NCBI GenBank assembly: GCA_035529855.1
Contig: DATKVX010000007.1
Span: 5,603-69,602 of the forward strand
Source of the DNA: a bacterium
GTDB lineage: Bacteria; RBG-13-66-14; B26-G2; WVWN01
Direction of reading: 5' to 3'
Length of the DNA stretch: 64,000 bases
The notes beneath the pieces were generated by a model, which worked only from the letters and a program-made list of their open reading frames with translations, was not told the origin of the DNA and searched no databases. Of this stretch, positions 53,952 through 64,000 are shown in pieces; within the stretch, counting starts at the first letter, position 1, and each line of letters starts with the position of its first letter. The position numbers and the translations under genes are program-made.

Positions 53952-54239
53952 ATGGCACTTAAAGAGATAATAAACGTCAGCGGCAAACACCTCGGTTACT
54001 TCGAGGCGTGGTGTAAAGCGTGCGGCATATGCATCGCGCTGTGCCCCAAGCACGTCTTCGATACCGGCACCGACGGCAAGCCGATATTGGCGCGGCCGCA
54101 GGACTGCATAAACTGCGGCACGTGCGAGATAATGTGCCCCGATTTCGCCATCGGGTGGTACATGGACCCGCTGCACGACGAGGAGCTGAAGGAAGCGCAC
54201 AAGCGCGGCACCGAAGACGAGTGGGCCAAGCATAGATAA
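53952..54239 (+). CDS. 2-oxoacid:ferredoxin oxidoreductase delta (ferredoxin-like) subunit
   Basis: Two 4Fe-4S motifs, CKACGICIALCP and CINCGTCEIMCP. Confidence 0.8.
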   Translation: MALKEIINVSGKHLGYFEAWCKACGICIALCPKHVFDTGTDGKPILARPQDCINCGTCEIMCPDFAIGWYMDPLHDEELKEAHKRGTEDEWAKHR

Positions 54240-54293
54240 AGCCTTTCCCGTTTGGCGTATTCGTAAGCGACGAAGGAAGTGAAACTTATATAG

Positions 54294-55427
54294 ATGGTTT
54301 TGATGCAAGGCAACGAAGCGATTACCCGGGGAGCGCTCGACGCCGGCGTGCGCTTTTTCGCCGGTTACCCCATTACGCCTTCCACCGAAATAGCCGAGAT
54401 AATGTCGGTGGAGCTTCCGAAGGTGGGGGGGAAGTTCCTTCAGATGGAGGACGAGATCGGCTCGCTGGCCGCGGTCATCGGCGCGTCGCTCACCGGCGTG
54501 AAGGCGATGACGGCCACCAGCGGCCCCGGCTTCTCGCTTATGCAGGAGAACCTCGGCTACGCGTACATGACGGAAGTCCCGTGCCTGGTGGTCAACGTGA
54601 TGCGCGGCGGCCCGAGCACCGGCCTGCCCACTCATCCCTCCCAGGGCGACGTCATGCAGGCGCGGTGGGGCACCCACGGCGACCACCCGGCCATAGTGTT
54701 GGCGCCTTCGTCGGTCCTCGATTGCTACGTATTGACGGTGCGGGCGATCAACCTCGCCGAGCGGTTCCGCACGCCGGTAATACTCTTGCCCGACGAAGTC
54801 GTGGCGCACATGCGCGAAGACGTGACGCTGCCCAAAAAGGTCGACGTCGTGGACCGCGAGGCGCCCCACGTCCCGCCCGAGTGGTACTACCCGTACGACG
54901 ATTCCACCACCGACGTCGGGCCCCTCGCGCCCTTCGGCACCGGCTTCCGCTTCCACGTTACGGGCCTTACGCACGACCGCGCGGGCTTCGCCACTACGGT
55001 CCCGGCCGAAGTCGACCGCGCCATCCGCAACCTCAAACGCAAGATGGACCGGTTCCGGCTCGATATTATTCAGGTAGAACGAGTACACTTGACCGACGCC
55101 GAGGTGGTCGTGGCGGCCTACGGCATTTGCGCGCGGTCCGCCGAGGCCGCGGTATTGCAGGCTCGCGCCCAGGGCTACCGCGCCGGTTTCGTAAATTTAA
55201 AAACGATCTGGCCTTTCTGTTTTAAATTGATGCAGCGCGTCGCGGATACCGCGAAAGCCATCATCGTGCCCGAGTTGAACCTGGGGCAGCTCGTCCGCGA
55301 GTTCGAACGCGCGGTATGCGGCCGCACCCAGGTGGTGCCCATAAGCCGCGTGGACGGCGAGGCTATCACGCCGCGCCAGATCCTGGACGTGATCGCCGAG
55401 CTCGCCCGGCCGGGAGGAACAACCTAG
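54294..55427 (+). CDS. 2-oxoacid:ferredoxin oxidoreductase alpha subunit
   Basis: LMQGNEAITRGALDAGVRFFAGYPITPSTEI, the typical KorA/OorA N-terminus. Confidence 0.85.
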   Translation: MVLMQGNEAITRGALDAGVRFFAGYPITPSTEIAEIMSVELPKVGGKFLQMEDEIGSLAAVIGASLTGVKAMTATSGPGFSLMQENLGYAYMTEVPCLVVNVMRGGPSTGLPTHPSQGDVMQARWGTHGDHPAIVLAPSSVLDCYVLTVRAINLAERFRTPVILLPDEVVAHMREDVTLPKKVDVVDREAPHVPPEWYYPYDDSTTDVGPLAPFGTGFRFHVTGLTHDRAGFATTVPAEVDRAIRNLKRKMDRFRLDIIQVERVHLTDAEVVVAAYGICARSAEAAVLQARAQGYRAGFVNLKTIWPFCFKLMQRVADTAKAIIVPELNLGQLVREFERAVCGRTQVVPISRVDGEAITPRQILDVIAELARPGGTT

Positions 55428-56275
55428 TGGAGACAGCCCGCGAACTAAACCCTTCGGAGCTGATGCACGAGTACCTGCGTCAGAAGAAAAAGTTCCCGCA
55501 CATCTGGTGCTCGGGCTGCGGCATCGGTACTACCATGGGCGCCGTAATCCGCGCCATCGCCGACTGCGAGCTCGACCGCGACCGCGTCGTCATGGTTTCG
55601 GGCATAGGGTGTAGTTCCCGTATGCCCATATACGTCGACTTCAACACGCTGCATACTACGCACGGCCGGCCCATCGCGTTCGCCACCGGAATCAAGTTGG
55701 CTCGCCCCGAGTTGGAGGTAATCGTTATAACGGGCGACGGCGACGCCGCGGCCATCGGCGGGAATCATTTGATCCACGCCTGCCGCCGGAATATTAACCT
55801 GACGGTGGTTTGTATAAACAACAGCATCTACGGCATGACCGGGGGACAGGCATCGCCGACCACGCCCCAGGGCAGGGTCGCGTCCACCGCCCGCTACGGC
55901 GACTTCGAGCGGGCGTTCGACCTGTGCGACCTGACCGCCGGCGCCGGCGCGGCCTTCGTCGCGCGGGGCGCGGTGTACTACGCCCGCCAGCTCGAGAAAC
56001 TCGTCGCGCAGGCGATACGCAAGAAGGGCTTCGCCTTCGTCGAGGTCGTATCGCAGTGCCCGACGTATTACGGCCGGTTCAACAAGTTCAAATCGCCGGT
56101 GGAGATGTTATATTGGCAGCGCGATAACACGGTGAACGTCAAGGCCGTGGCCAAGATGAAACCGGAGGAGTTGGAAGGGAAATTGCTCACGGGTGTCCTG
56201 GCCGACCGCGAATACCCGGAGTTCACCGAATTGTACGATAAGTTGATAGCCGACCTCGCCGCGGGGAGGAAATGA
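55427..56275 (+). CDS. 2-oxoacid:ferredoxin oxidoreductase beta (TPP-binding) subunit
   Basis: GTG 55427 overlaps the alpha-subunit stop. WCSGCGIG, GIGCSSR and GDGD...IGGNH TPP motifs. Confidence 0.85.
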   Translation: METARELNPSELMHEYLRQKKKFPHIWCSGCGIGTTMGAVIRAIADCELDRDRVVMVSGIGCSSRMPIYVDFNTLHTTHGRPIAFATGIKLARPELEVIVITGDGDAAAIGGNHLIHACRRNINLTVVCINNSIYGMTGGQASPTTPQGRVASTARYGDFERAFDLCDLTAGAGAAFVARGAVYYARQLEKLVAQAIRKKGFAFVEVVSQCPTYYGRFNKFKSPVEMLYWQRDNTVNVKAVAKMKPEELEGKLLTGVLADREYPEFTELYDKLIADLAAGRK

Positions 56276-56844
56276 TGGTCGTAGTGAGATTTGCGGGCTA
56301 CGGCGGCCAGGGATTGCTGACGGCGGGTTTGATACTCGCAGACGCCGCCGCCGTGTACGATAAAAAGAAAGTCATCCAAACGCAGAGTTACGGCGCGGAG
56401 GCTCGGGGCGGCGCCAGCCGGTCGGACGTCATCATATCCGACGAGGACATCGTCTTCCCCAAGCCCGACCACCTCGACATCCTCGTGGCCATGAACCAGC
56501 TTTCGGTCGACAAGTACTCCTCGGCGTTGGCGGAAGGCGGTACGCTTATAGCGGACGCGACGTTCGTCACGACGGTGACGTTCCCCGACTTCTACCTCAT
56601 CCCGTTCACCGATATCGCCAGGGAGAAGTTGGGCCGGGAAATAGTGGCCAACGTCGTAGCGTTGGGCGCGCTGGTGGAACTCAAAGGCGTGGTTTCGAAG
56701 AAGGCCGCGGCCCGGGCGCTCGAGCAGCGGATACCCCAAGCGGCGTTGGACGTGAACCGTAAAGCTTTGGAAGAAGGTTTCAAGGCGGCCCGCAAAGCCG
56801 CGGCCGCCCGGGAAAAAGCGGTGGCCGATTACGATATTGTATAA
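56272..56844 (+). CDS. 2-oxoacid:ferredoxin oxidoreductase gamma subunit
   Basis: RFAGYGGQGLLTAG..., SYGAEARGG. The delta-alpha-beta-gamma order and subunit sizes mirror Helicobacter OorDABC. Confidence 0.8.
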   Translation: MMVVVRFAGYGGQGLLTAGLILADAAAVYDKKKVIQTQSYGAEARGGASRSDVIISDEDIVFPKPDHLDILVAMNQLSVDKYSSALAEGGTLIADATFVTTVTFPDFYLIPFTDIAREKLGREIVANVVALGALVELKGVVSKKAAARALEQRIPQAALDVNRKALEEGFKAARKAAAAREKAVADYDIV

Positions 56845-56856
56845 CGCGAGAGGTGT

Positions 56857-57261
56857 ATGGAAAAGACGCTCTTCATGGTAAAGCCGGATGCGGTGGCGCG
56901 CGGCCTGGTAGGCGAAATCGTCGCCGCTATGGAGCGCGAAGGTTTTATTATCGAGCGGCTCGAGCTGCAGCACTTCGAGCGCGCCAAGGCCGAAACCTTC
57001 TACGACGTGCACCGTGACAAGCCTTTTTTCGGAAGCTTAGTCGAGTACGTTACGTCGGGGCCGGTCGTCGCGATGGTCCTCGGCGGCGACGCCGCTATTA
57101 CCCGGGTGCGGGAGCTTATGGGCGCGACGGACCCGGCGCAGGCCGCCGCCGGCACCATACGGCGTAAGTACGGCGAGTCTATAGAACGCAACGCCGTCCA
57201 CGGCTCGGACAGTCCAACCTCGGCGGCGTACGAAATCGCCGTCGTCTTCGGAGCGCCGTGA
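56857..57261 (+). CDS. ndk: Nucleoside diphosphate kinase
   Basis: TLFMVKPDAV, GATDP and NAVHGSDS motifs. Confidence 0.9.
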   Translation: MEKTLFMVKPDAVARGLVGEIVAAMEREGFIIERLELQHFERAKAETFYDVHRDKPFFGSLVEYVTSGPVVAMVLGGDAAITRVRELMGATDPAQAAAGTIRRKYGESIERNAVHGSDSPTSAAYEIAVVFGAP

Positions 57262-57812
57262 GCGCGGCGGCGTCGCGTTGGAACGTCCCGAACGCGCTCA
57301 CGCTCGCGCGGCTGCCGCTGGCGGCGGTCGGCGCTTATTTCCTGTGGCGTAAAGAATTTATCGGCGTCGCGGCCGGCTTCCTGGTCGCCGCGGCCTTGAC
57401 CGATATCTTAGACGGCCTCGTCGCCCGGGCGATGGGCCAAATAACGGACTTCGGCAAGAAGCTCGACCCGGTGGTGGACAAGGCGGCCATCGCCGGCGTC
57501 GGCCTGATTCTGGCGTTGAAGTACGGCGTGCCGTGGTGGATCTTCGCCGCCGCGGTGGCGCGCGACGCAGCCATAATTATTTCGGCATCGCTCGTGATTT
57601 CCCGCCGGCGCGTCGTCATACCGGCGAATTTTTGGGGCAAGGCCGCGGCCGCGCTTATGGTTTGTTACGGCGTTGCCGTCGTGCTGTCCGCGGCGTGGTG
57701 GCTCACGACGCTGCTGTTGTGGCTCGTCTTGGCGGCGATAATAGTTTCGTCGGCGTCGTACGGATACGATTTCTACCGGGCTCTGGCCCGGAAGGGGCAA
57801 CCGTCGGCCTGA
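57258..57812 (+). CDS. pgsA: CDP-alcohol phosphatidyltransferase (PgsA-like)
   Basis: DILDGLVAR...G..LDPVVDK (the DG(x)2AR...G(x)3D(x)3D motif). GTGA overlap with ndk. Confidence 0.75.
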   Translation: MSAAASRWNVPNALTLARLPLAAVGAYFLWRKEFIGVAAGFLVAAALTDILDGLVARAMGQITDFGKKLDPVVDKAAIAGVGLILALKYGVPWWIFAAAVARDAAIIISASLVISRRRVVIPANFWGKAAAALMVCYGVAVVLSAAWWLTTLLLWLVLAAIIVSSASYGYDFYRALARKGQPSA

Positions 57813-57857
57813 ATCCCGGCCGGGATAACCGTTCATTTCAAGGAGTAGAGGTATCAG

Positions 57858-58697
57858 ATGGGTTTTAAGATTCTTGCTCGCGACGACATCACGTCGGAGT
57901 CGGTGCGTATGGTGGTCGCGGCGCCCCACATCGCCCGGAAATGCGAACCGGGCCAATTTATTATCCTGCGGTTGGACGACAAGGGCGAGAGGATCCCGCT
58001 CACCATCGCCGATTTCGACCGCGACGCGGGGACCGTTACCATCATATTCCAAAAGGTCGGAAAGACCACGTTCCACCTGGCGACGTTCCGGGAGGGCGAC
58101 GAGATATCCGATTTCGTCGGCCCGCTAGGCCGGCATTTGGACCTGGGCCGATTGGGGACCGTGGCGTGCCTGGGCGGCGGCCTCGGTATTGCGCCCATTT
58201 ACCCGAAGGTCCGGGCGCTCAAGGCCGGCGGCAACTACGTCGTGTCCGTCATCGGCGCGCGCCGCAAAGACCTCGTTATTCTCGAGGAGGAGATGCGGGC
58301 CCACAGCGACGAGGTTTTCGTGACGACGGACGACGGCTCGTACGGCCTGTACGGCTTCGTAACGGACCAGCTTAAGTTGCTGCTCGAAGAAGGGCGGAAA
58401 TTCGATACCTGTCTGGCGGTGGGGCCCATACCGATGATGCAGGCGGTATGCAAGCTTACGGCCGAACACGACCTGCCCACGTTGGTTAGTTTGGATACGA
58501 TTATGGTGGACGGGACCGGAATGTGCGGCTCGTGCCGCGTTACGGTGGGCGGCGAGACGAAGTTCACGTGCGTGGACGGGCCCGTCTTCGACGGGCACGG
58601 CGTTGACTGGGTAGAGGCGAGAGGACGCCAGTGCCGTTACGTCCCCCAGGAAAAACAAGCCCTCGAGCGTTTCGAGAAGGAGCGAGGTTCGAAGTGA
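57858..58697 (+). CDS. nfnA: NfnA/SudB-like FAD/NAD-binding ferredoxin-NADP oxidoreductase subunit
   Basis: PyrK-like fold (GQFIILR...RIPLTIADF) and a C-terminal Cys cluster, GMCGSCRV...FTCVDGP. Confidence 0.7.
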   Translation: MGFKILARDDITSESVRMVVAAPHIARKCEPGQFIILRLDDKGERIPLTIADFDRDAGTVTIIFQKVGKTTFHLATFREGDEISDFVGPLGRHLDLGRLGTVACLGGGLGIAPIYPKVRALKAGGNYVVSVIGARRKDLVILEEEMRAHSDEVFVTTDDGSYGLYGFVTDQLKLLLEEGRKFDTCLAVGPIPMMQAVCKLTAEHDLPTLVSLDTIMVDGTGMCGSCRVTVGGETKFTCVDGPVFDGHGVDWVEARGRQCRYVPQEKQALERFEKERGSK

Positions 58698-60127
58698 TGG
58701 CCGGAAACGGGAACAAGGAAAAACCTGCCAAGAAGAAAATCATACCTGAGAAATTCCCTATGCCGGAACAGCCGCCGGCCGAACGCACCCGCAACTTCAA
58801 GGAAGTGCCGTACGGATACGACGTCGAGACGGCGGTCAAAGAGGCTGCGCGGTGCTTGCAATGTAAGAAGCCGGTATGTATAGGTGGTTGCCCTGTAGAG
58901 ATCGATATTCCGGCCTTCGTAAAGGCCATCGCGAACGAAGATTTCGCCGAGGCCATCCGGGTTATGAAGGCGTACAATAATCTCCCCGCGGTTTGCGGCC
59001 GGGTATGCCCGCAGGAGGACCAGTGCGAGAAGGTATGCGTCCTCGCGAAGAAGTTTGAGCCGGTCGCGATAGGCCGCCTGGAGCGCTTCATCGCCGACTA
59101 CGACTACGAACATAACGTCGCGCCCCCCACGGAAATAGCGGCCGCCAAGGGCAAGAAGGTCGCGGTAGTGGGCTCGGGGCCGGCGGGCCTTACGGCGGCG
59201 GGCGACCTTGCGCGCATGGGTTACGGCGTCACGCTGTACGAGGCGTTCCACGCGACGGGCGGCGTCCTCCGGTACGGCATCCCGGAGTTCCGCCTTCCGA
59301 AGGCCATCCTCGACCAGGAAGTCGAATACGTTAAGAGCCTGGGCGTTAAGGTCGAGTGCAACATGGTTATTGGTAAGGTATTCACAATAAAAGAGTTGTT
59401 AGGCGAGCTCGGCTTCGAAGCAGCGTTCATCGGCACCGGCGCCGGCCTGCCGCGGTGGATGAAAGTCCCCGGCGAGAACCTGATCGGCGTATATTCCGCC
59501 AACGAGTGGCTGACGCGTATCAATCTGATGCGGGCCTTCGAGTTCCCGGAATACGACACGCCGATTTGGGCCGGCAAGAACGTCGCCGTTATCGGCGGCG
59601 GCAACACGGCGATGGATTCGGTACGCACCGCGCTTCGGATGGGCGCCGAGAAGGCGACTATTTACTACCGACGCAGCGAGAAAGAGATGCCGGCGCGTAA
59701 CGAGGAGATCCACCATGCCCGGGAGGAGGGCGTGCAGTTCGACTTCCTCGTAGCGCCGGACCGCGTCCTGGGTACCGACGACGGCTGGGTCCGCGGCATG
59801 GAGCTTTGCCGGATGGAGTTGGGCGAGCCCGACGAGAGCGGCCGCTGTCGCCCCGTGCGGTGCGAGGGGTCCCAGCTCGAGGTCGAATGCGACATGGTAG
59901 TCGTGGCCGTGGGGACGTACCCCAACCCCATCATCCCGGAGACGACGCCCGAGCTCGAGCTTACGAAGTGGGGTACCATAAAAGTCGACGAGGAAACGGG
60001 GATGACGAGCGTCCCCGGCGTCTTCGCCGGCGGCGACATCGTCACCGGCGGCGCGACCGTCATCTCGGCCATGGGCGCCGGCAAACAGGCCGCGCGCGGC
60101 GTCGACGCGTACCTCGCCGGTAAATAG
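58697..60127 (+). CDS. nfnB: NfnB/GltD-like NADPH-dependent oxidoreductase subunit
   Basis: ATG 58697 overlaps the nfnA stop (TGATG). RCLQCKKPVCIGGCP Fe-S motifs and GSGPAGL / GGGNTAMD dinucleotide folds. Confidence 0.75.
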   Translation: MAGNGNKEKPAKKKIIPEKFPMPEQPPAERTRNFKEVPYGYDVETAVKEAARCLQCKKPVCIGGCPVEIDIPAFVKAIANEDFAEAIRVMKAYNNLPAVCGRVCPQEDQCEKVCVLAKKFEPVAIGRLERFIADYDYEHNVAPPTEIAAAKGKKVAVVGSGPAGLTAAGDLARMGYGVTLYEAFHATGGVLRYGIPEFRLPKAILDQEVEYVKSLGVKVECNMVIGKVFTIKELLGELGFEAAFIGTGAGLPRWMKVPGENLIGVYSANEWLTRINLMRAFEFPEYDTPIWAGKNVAVIGGGNTAMDSVRTALRMGAEKATIYYRRSEKEMPARNEEIHHAREEGVQFDFLVAPDRVLGTDDGWVRGMELCRMELGEPDESGRCRPVRCEGSQLEVECDMVVVAVGTYPNPIIPETTPELELTKWGTIKVDEETGMTSVPGVFAGGDIVTGGATVISAMGAGKQAARGVDAYLAGK

Positions 60128-60139
60128 GAAGGGTCGGCG

Positions 60140-60829
60140 GTGGGAGGGGCTTTAGCGGTCCTTCTGCGGGATATCGTCCTCGGGCTCGAGTCGGTCCTCT
60201 TCCCGTCGCGATGCCGGGCGTGCGGCGCCGAACTCGACGGCCGCGCCCGGCTTTTATGCCCGACGTGTCGGGACGATATGACGGCGCCGCTCCCCGGTGA
60301 TTGGCGGGAGGCGTGTCTGTTGGGCGGCGGGGACGGGCCGCGGTTCGCGCCCCGCCCGTACGACGGGCCGGCGGGCGAGGCGGTGCGCCTTTTGAAGTTC
60401 GGCGGCAAGAAGAGGATGGCGCCGTTGTTGGCGGAGGCGGTTGGGCCGCTGGCGGCGGCGCTCAAAGAACGTTACCAACTGGATACCTTGGTCCCGGTGC
60501 CCCTTCACCCGCGGCGGCGACGAGAGCGGCGTTTCAATCAGGCCGAGGAAATCGGAAGCCTCGTAGCGGCCGCCGTGGGTTTGGAGTTCCGGCGGCGCGG
60601 CCTGGCGCGAACGAAGTATACCAGGCCGCAAGTGGAACTCACGGGCAAAGAGCGGCGTACGAACGTCCGCGGCGCTTTCGCCGCGCGCGAGGATTTTTCC
60701 GGGAAAGGGGTTTTGTTGCTCGACGACGTCATAACGACCGGCGCGACGGTACGCGAGTGCGCGGCCGTCTTACGTAACGCGGGCGCCGGCGCCGTGGTAG
60801 CTTTGGCCGCCGCGGGTGCCGGTTTGTAA
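60140..60829 (+). CDS. comFC: ComF family phosphoribosyltransferase-domain protein
   Basis: N-terminal CRACG...CPTCR zinc finger and the PRT motif VLLLDDVITTGAT. Confidence 0.8.
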   Translation: MGGALAVLLRDIVLGLESVLFPSRCRACGAELDGRARLLCPTCRDDMTAPLPGDWREACLLGGGDGPRFAPRPYDGPAGEAVRLLKFGGKKRMAPLLAEAVGPLAAALKERYQLDTLVPVPLHPRRRRERRFNQAEEIGSLVAAAVGLEFRRRGLARTKYTRPQVELTGKERRTNVRGAFAAREDFSGKGVLLLDDVITTGATVRECAAVLRNAGAGAVVALAAAGAGL

Positions 60830-60843
60830 GGTACGTTTTCGAT

Positions 60844-61554
60844 ATGCGGGTGAAAAAATTCCTGATTTGGCTCGGCGTCGCCGTCGTTCTCTTCGTGTGC
60901 CTTATCGGCTCGTGTTTGCTGGCCGCGTTTTCGCTGTCGGAGGCGGGCCGCGAAATTGCCGGCGACGCGTGGCGCGAGGCCGGAAAAATCGGCCGCGAAG
61001 AGGAGACGCCGTCCGCCAACGAGACGTACGAGTTGTCGTTCGACGAAGACGGAACGGCCCATTTCTACGGCCGCGGCCTGGAGCTCACGTTGCCGCCGGA
61101 CTACGAAGTTAAGACACCTGAAGGGCGTCCGGAGGAGGCGTCGTTTTTCGAGTATTTCCTGGAGAGCGCCGACGGCCGCACGCAAATCCGCCTCCGGCGC
61201 GAAGGGGACGTCCCGGGCGAGAGTTTCTGGTACGGCGGCGACAGGAAGTTGTTGTTCGCGCACGCCCGGGGGTACGCGGAGGGCATAGCGGGAAAGGCCG
61301 CGGTGGAGGCGGCGCCGCTCGCGTACGTAGCGCCGTCGGCCCTCGAGGCGAACCTGGCCGACGTGGGCGTCGAGGGTTGTTACCGGTATAAGGCCGAGGC
61401 GCGCGAGCGCCGGCGGTACGACGGCGAGTATTTCGTCTTCGTCGGCCGGGGCTACGACAACGTCGTGTTGATGTCGGTCGCGTTTAAGCCGTTTTCGCGC
61501 GAGAGGGCGTTGGCGCGGGGCCGCGAGTTGGTTGCCGCGCTGCGGTTCAACTAG
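60844..61554 (+). CDS. Membrane-anchored hypothetical protein
   Basis: N-terminal TM segment (FLIWLGVAVVLFVCLIGSCLLAAF). The rest is soluble, with no recognised motif. Confidence 0.45.
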   Translation: MRVKKFLIWLGVAVVLFVCLIGSCLLAAFSLSEAGREIAGDAWREAGKIGREEETPSANETYELSFDEDGTAHFYGRGLELTLPPDYEVKTPEGRPEEASFFEYFLESADGRTQIRLRREGDVPGESFWYGGDRKLLFAHARGYAEGIAGKAAVEAAPLAYVAPSALEANLADVGVEGCYRYKAEARERRRYDGEYFVFVGRGYDNVVLMSVAFKPFSRERALARGRELVAALRFN

Positions 61555-61572
61555 CGCAGATAAGCCGGGTAA

Positions 61573-62490
61573 ATGGCAGGCCATAAGGTAGACTGGACCG
61601 ACGAACGACACCGCCGCATCATCGAGGAGCAGCGGAAGTTCATTTGGACGCCCGAACAGCTCGAGCGGCTCGCGGCGTGGATAGGTTTCGAGGCCGGGGG
61701 GACGATGCTCGACCTCGGCTGCGGCTACGGTTATATCGGCCGGACGTACGCGCCGTTCATTTCTCCCGGCGGCCGCGTCGTCGGCGTCGACCGCGAAGTC
61801 GCCTTGCTCGAGGAGGCGCGGGCGCGGGCGGCGGAACAGAGTAACGGATGCGTATTCGACTTCGCCTGCGGCGGTGCGTACGCGGTTCCGCTGGCCGACG
61901 GCGCGGTGGACGTGGCGTTCTGCCAGACGCTTTTGATGCATTTGGCGGAACCCGAACGATGCCTGGCCGAGATGGTGCGCGTAGTGCGGCCGGGGGGCGT
62001 AGTCGTGTGCAACGAGCCGGACAATTCGCCGGGAGGATATGCGTACGTTTCTACCTATAAGCTGGAATTCGAGGACGTCCTGGAGGAAGCGAGGGCGGGG
62101 TGGACGTCGTATTTCGGCCGCAAGGCGCGAGGCCTGGGCGACTCGGCCGTAGGGACTCACATTCCCGAGATGATGCATCGACTCGGCCTCGTCGATATCG
62201 ACGGCCGCCAAAACGAAAAAGTGTATTTCCTCGTTCCGCCCTACGATACGCCGGTCCAAAAGCACTTCAAGAGGATGATCGTCGAAAACTTCCAACGGCG
62301 GGAGGAGTGGAAAGAGGAAATCCTCGAAAACTATCTCGCCGGCGGAGGGAAGGCGGAGGAGTTCGAGCGCTTGTGGGATAAATGGGGCGAGCGGGGAAGG
62401 GACATGGTGGCGGCATTGGAGCGCGGCGATTTCTTTATAGCGGGCGCCGGCAACTTCTATATCTTCACCGGCCGAAAACCCGAGAAATGA
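61573..62490 (+). CDS. Class I SAM-dependent methyltransferase
   Basis: MLDLGCGYGYIG motif I and VRPGGVVVCNEPD. Confidence 0.7.
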   Translation: MAGHKVDWTDERHRRIIEEQRKFIWTPEQLERLAAWIGFEAGGTMLDLGCGYGYIGRTYAPFISPGGRVVGVDREVALLEEARARAAEQSNGCVFDFACGGAYAVPLADGAVDVAFCQTLLMHLAEPERCLAEMVRVVRPGGVVVCNEPDNSPGGYAYVSTYKLEFEDVLEEARAGWTSYFGRKARGLGDSAVGTHIPEMMHRLGLVDIDGRQNEKVYFLVPPYDTPVQKHFKRMIVENFQRREEWKEEILENYLAGGGKAEEFERLWDKWGERGRDMVAALERGDFFIAGAGNFYIFTGRKPEK

Positions 62491-63573
<1,083 letters not shown>

Positions 63574-63580
63574 GAACGTT

Positions 63581-64000
63581 ATGGACGTGAAGACGATAGA
63601 CGACGTCGACGTCGCCGGCAAGCGCGTGCTGGTGCGCGCGGACCTGAACGTGCCGCTGAAGGACGGCCGGGTGGCGGACGAGACCCGCATCGTCGCGACG
63701 CTGCCTACCGTCAGGAAATTAATCGGCGACGGCGCGCGGGTGATAATCTGTTCCCACCTCGGCCGGCCCAAGGGCGAGGTCAGGCCGGAGCTGAGTCTGA
63801 GGCCCGTCGCCGCGGTGCTGAGCGAAAAGTTAGGCCGGGACGTGGCGTTCGTCGAGACGTGCGTCGGCGCGGAAGCGGAAGAGGCGGCGAACCGTCTGGC
63901 CCGCGGCGACGTCCTCTTGCTCGAGAATACGCGCTTCCGGCCGGGCGAGACCGAGAACGACCCGTCCTTCGCCAAGGGGCTCGCGGCGCTCGCGGACGTC
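63581..64000 (+). CDS. pgk: Phosphoglycerate kinase (5' partial, runs off the window)
   Basis: My translation from ATG 63581 reads MDVKTIDDVDVAGKRVLVRADLNVPL...SHLGRPKG...LLENTRF. This ORF is not in the supplied track because it is open-ended. Confidence 0.9.
   Translation, partial: MDVKTIDDVDVAGKRVLVRADLNVPLKDGRVADETRIVATLPTVRKLIGDGARVIICSHLGRPKGEVRPELSLRPVAAVLSEKLGRDVAFVETCVGAEAEEAANRLARGDVLLLENTRFRPGETENDPSFAKGLAALADV

Noticed and set aside
56740-56844. Helical C-terminal tail of the OFOR gamma subunit (KAARKAAAAREKAVADYDIV) as a possible encapsulation peptide.
   Set aside because: The hydrophobic periodicity is weak and no flexible linker precedes it. The evidence is insufficient to claim OFOR is BMC cargo.

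Overview
GC-rich bacterial chromosomal segment, probably from a diderm given Lnt, LolCD and TonB_C-like proteins. It is densely coding: about 65 protein genes and one tRNA-Glu. I found no transposase, integrase, prophage gene or CRISPR array.

Genes from 164 to 38928 are mostly on the minus strand:
- mglB-mglA-DUF4388 polarity module
- a 1092-aa zinc-ribbon / cyclase-like / NTPase / TPR protein
- thrS, envelope and glycosylation genes, clpC, lolCD
- three tandem secreted NHL-repeat paralogs
- an ABC-2 exporter with two paralogous membrane proteins
- lysS, prfB (with its programmed +1 frameshift), aroK and an aroE-like gene

From 39146 to the window end every called gene is on the plus strand, in this order:
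- MBL-fold hydrolase, then an aminotransferase
- glycine cleavage operon (gcvT, gcvH, gcvPA, a permease, gcvPB, lplA-like)
- a lipoprotein PPIase
- a bacterial microcompartment (BMC) locus
- an OorDABC-type 2-oxoacid:ferredoxin oxidoreductase
- ndk, pgsA, nfnAB, comF, gap and pgk

The most interesting region is the BMC locus at about 47.7-53.9 kb.
- It encodes a CoA-acylating aldehyde dehydrogenase with a C-terminal encapsulation-peptide-like helix, PduL, and one each of BMC-H, BMC-P and a PduT-like BMC-T, plus a PduS-like Fe-S flavoprotein.
- I see no recognisable signature (aldehyde-generating) enzyme and no alcohol dehydrogenase.
- An integral membrane protein and an exported TPR protein are embedded in it.
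- It is flanked by glycine cleavage genes on one side and ferredoxin-linked redox genes on the other.

Secondary points:
- The three NHL paralogs share a near-identical C-terminal tail.
- thrS and lysS have N-terminal homology running upstream of any ATG, GTG or TTG, implying AUC and CUG-type starts.
- Many promoters are near-consensus sigma70 or extended -10 types.

All functional calls come from reading the translations and recalling family motifs. No database search was run.
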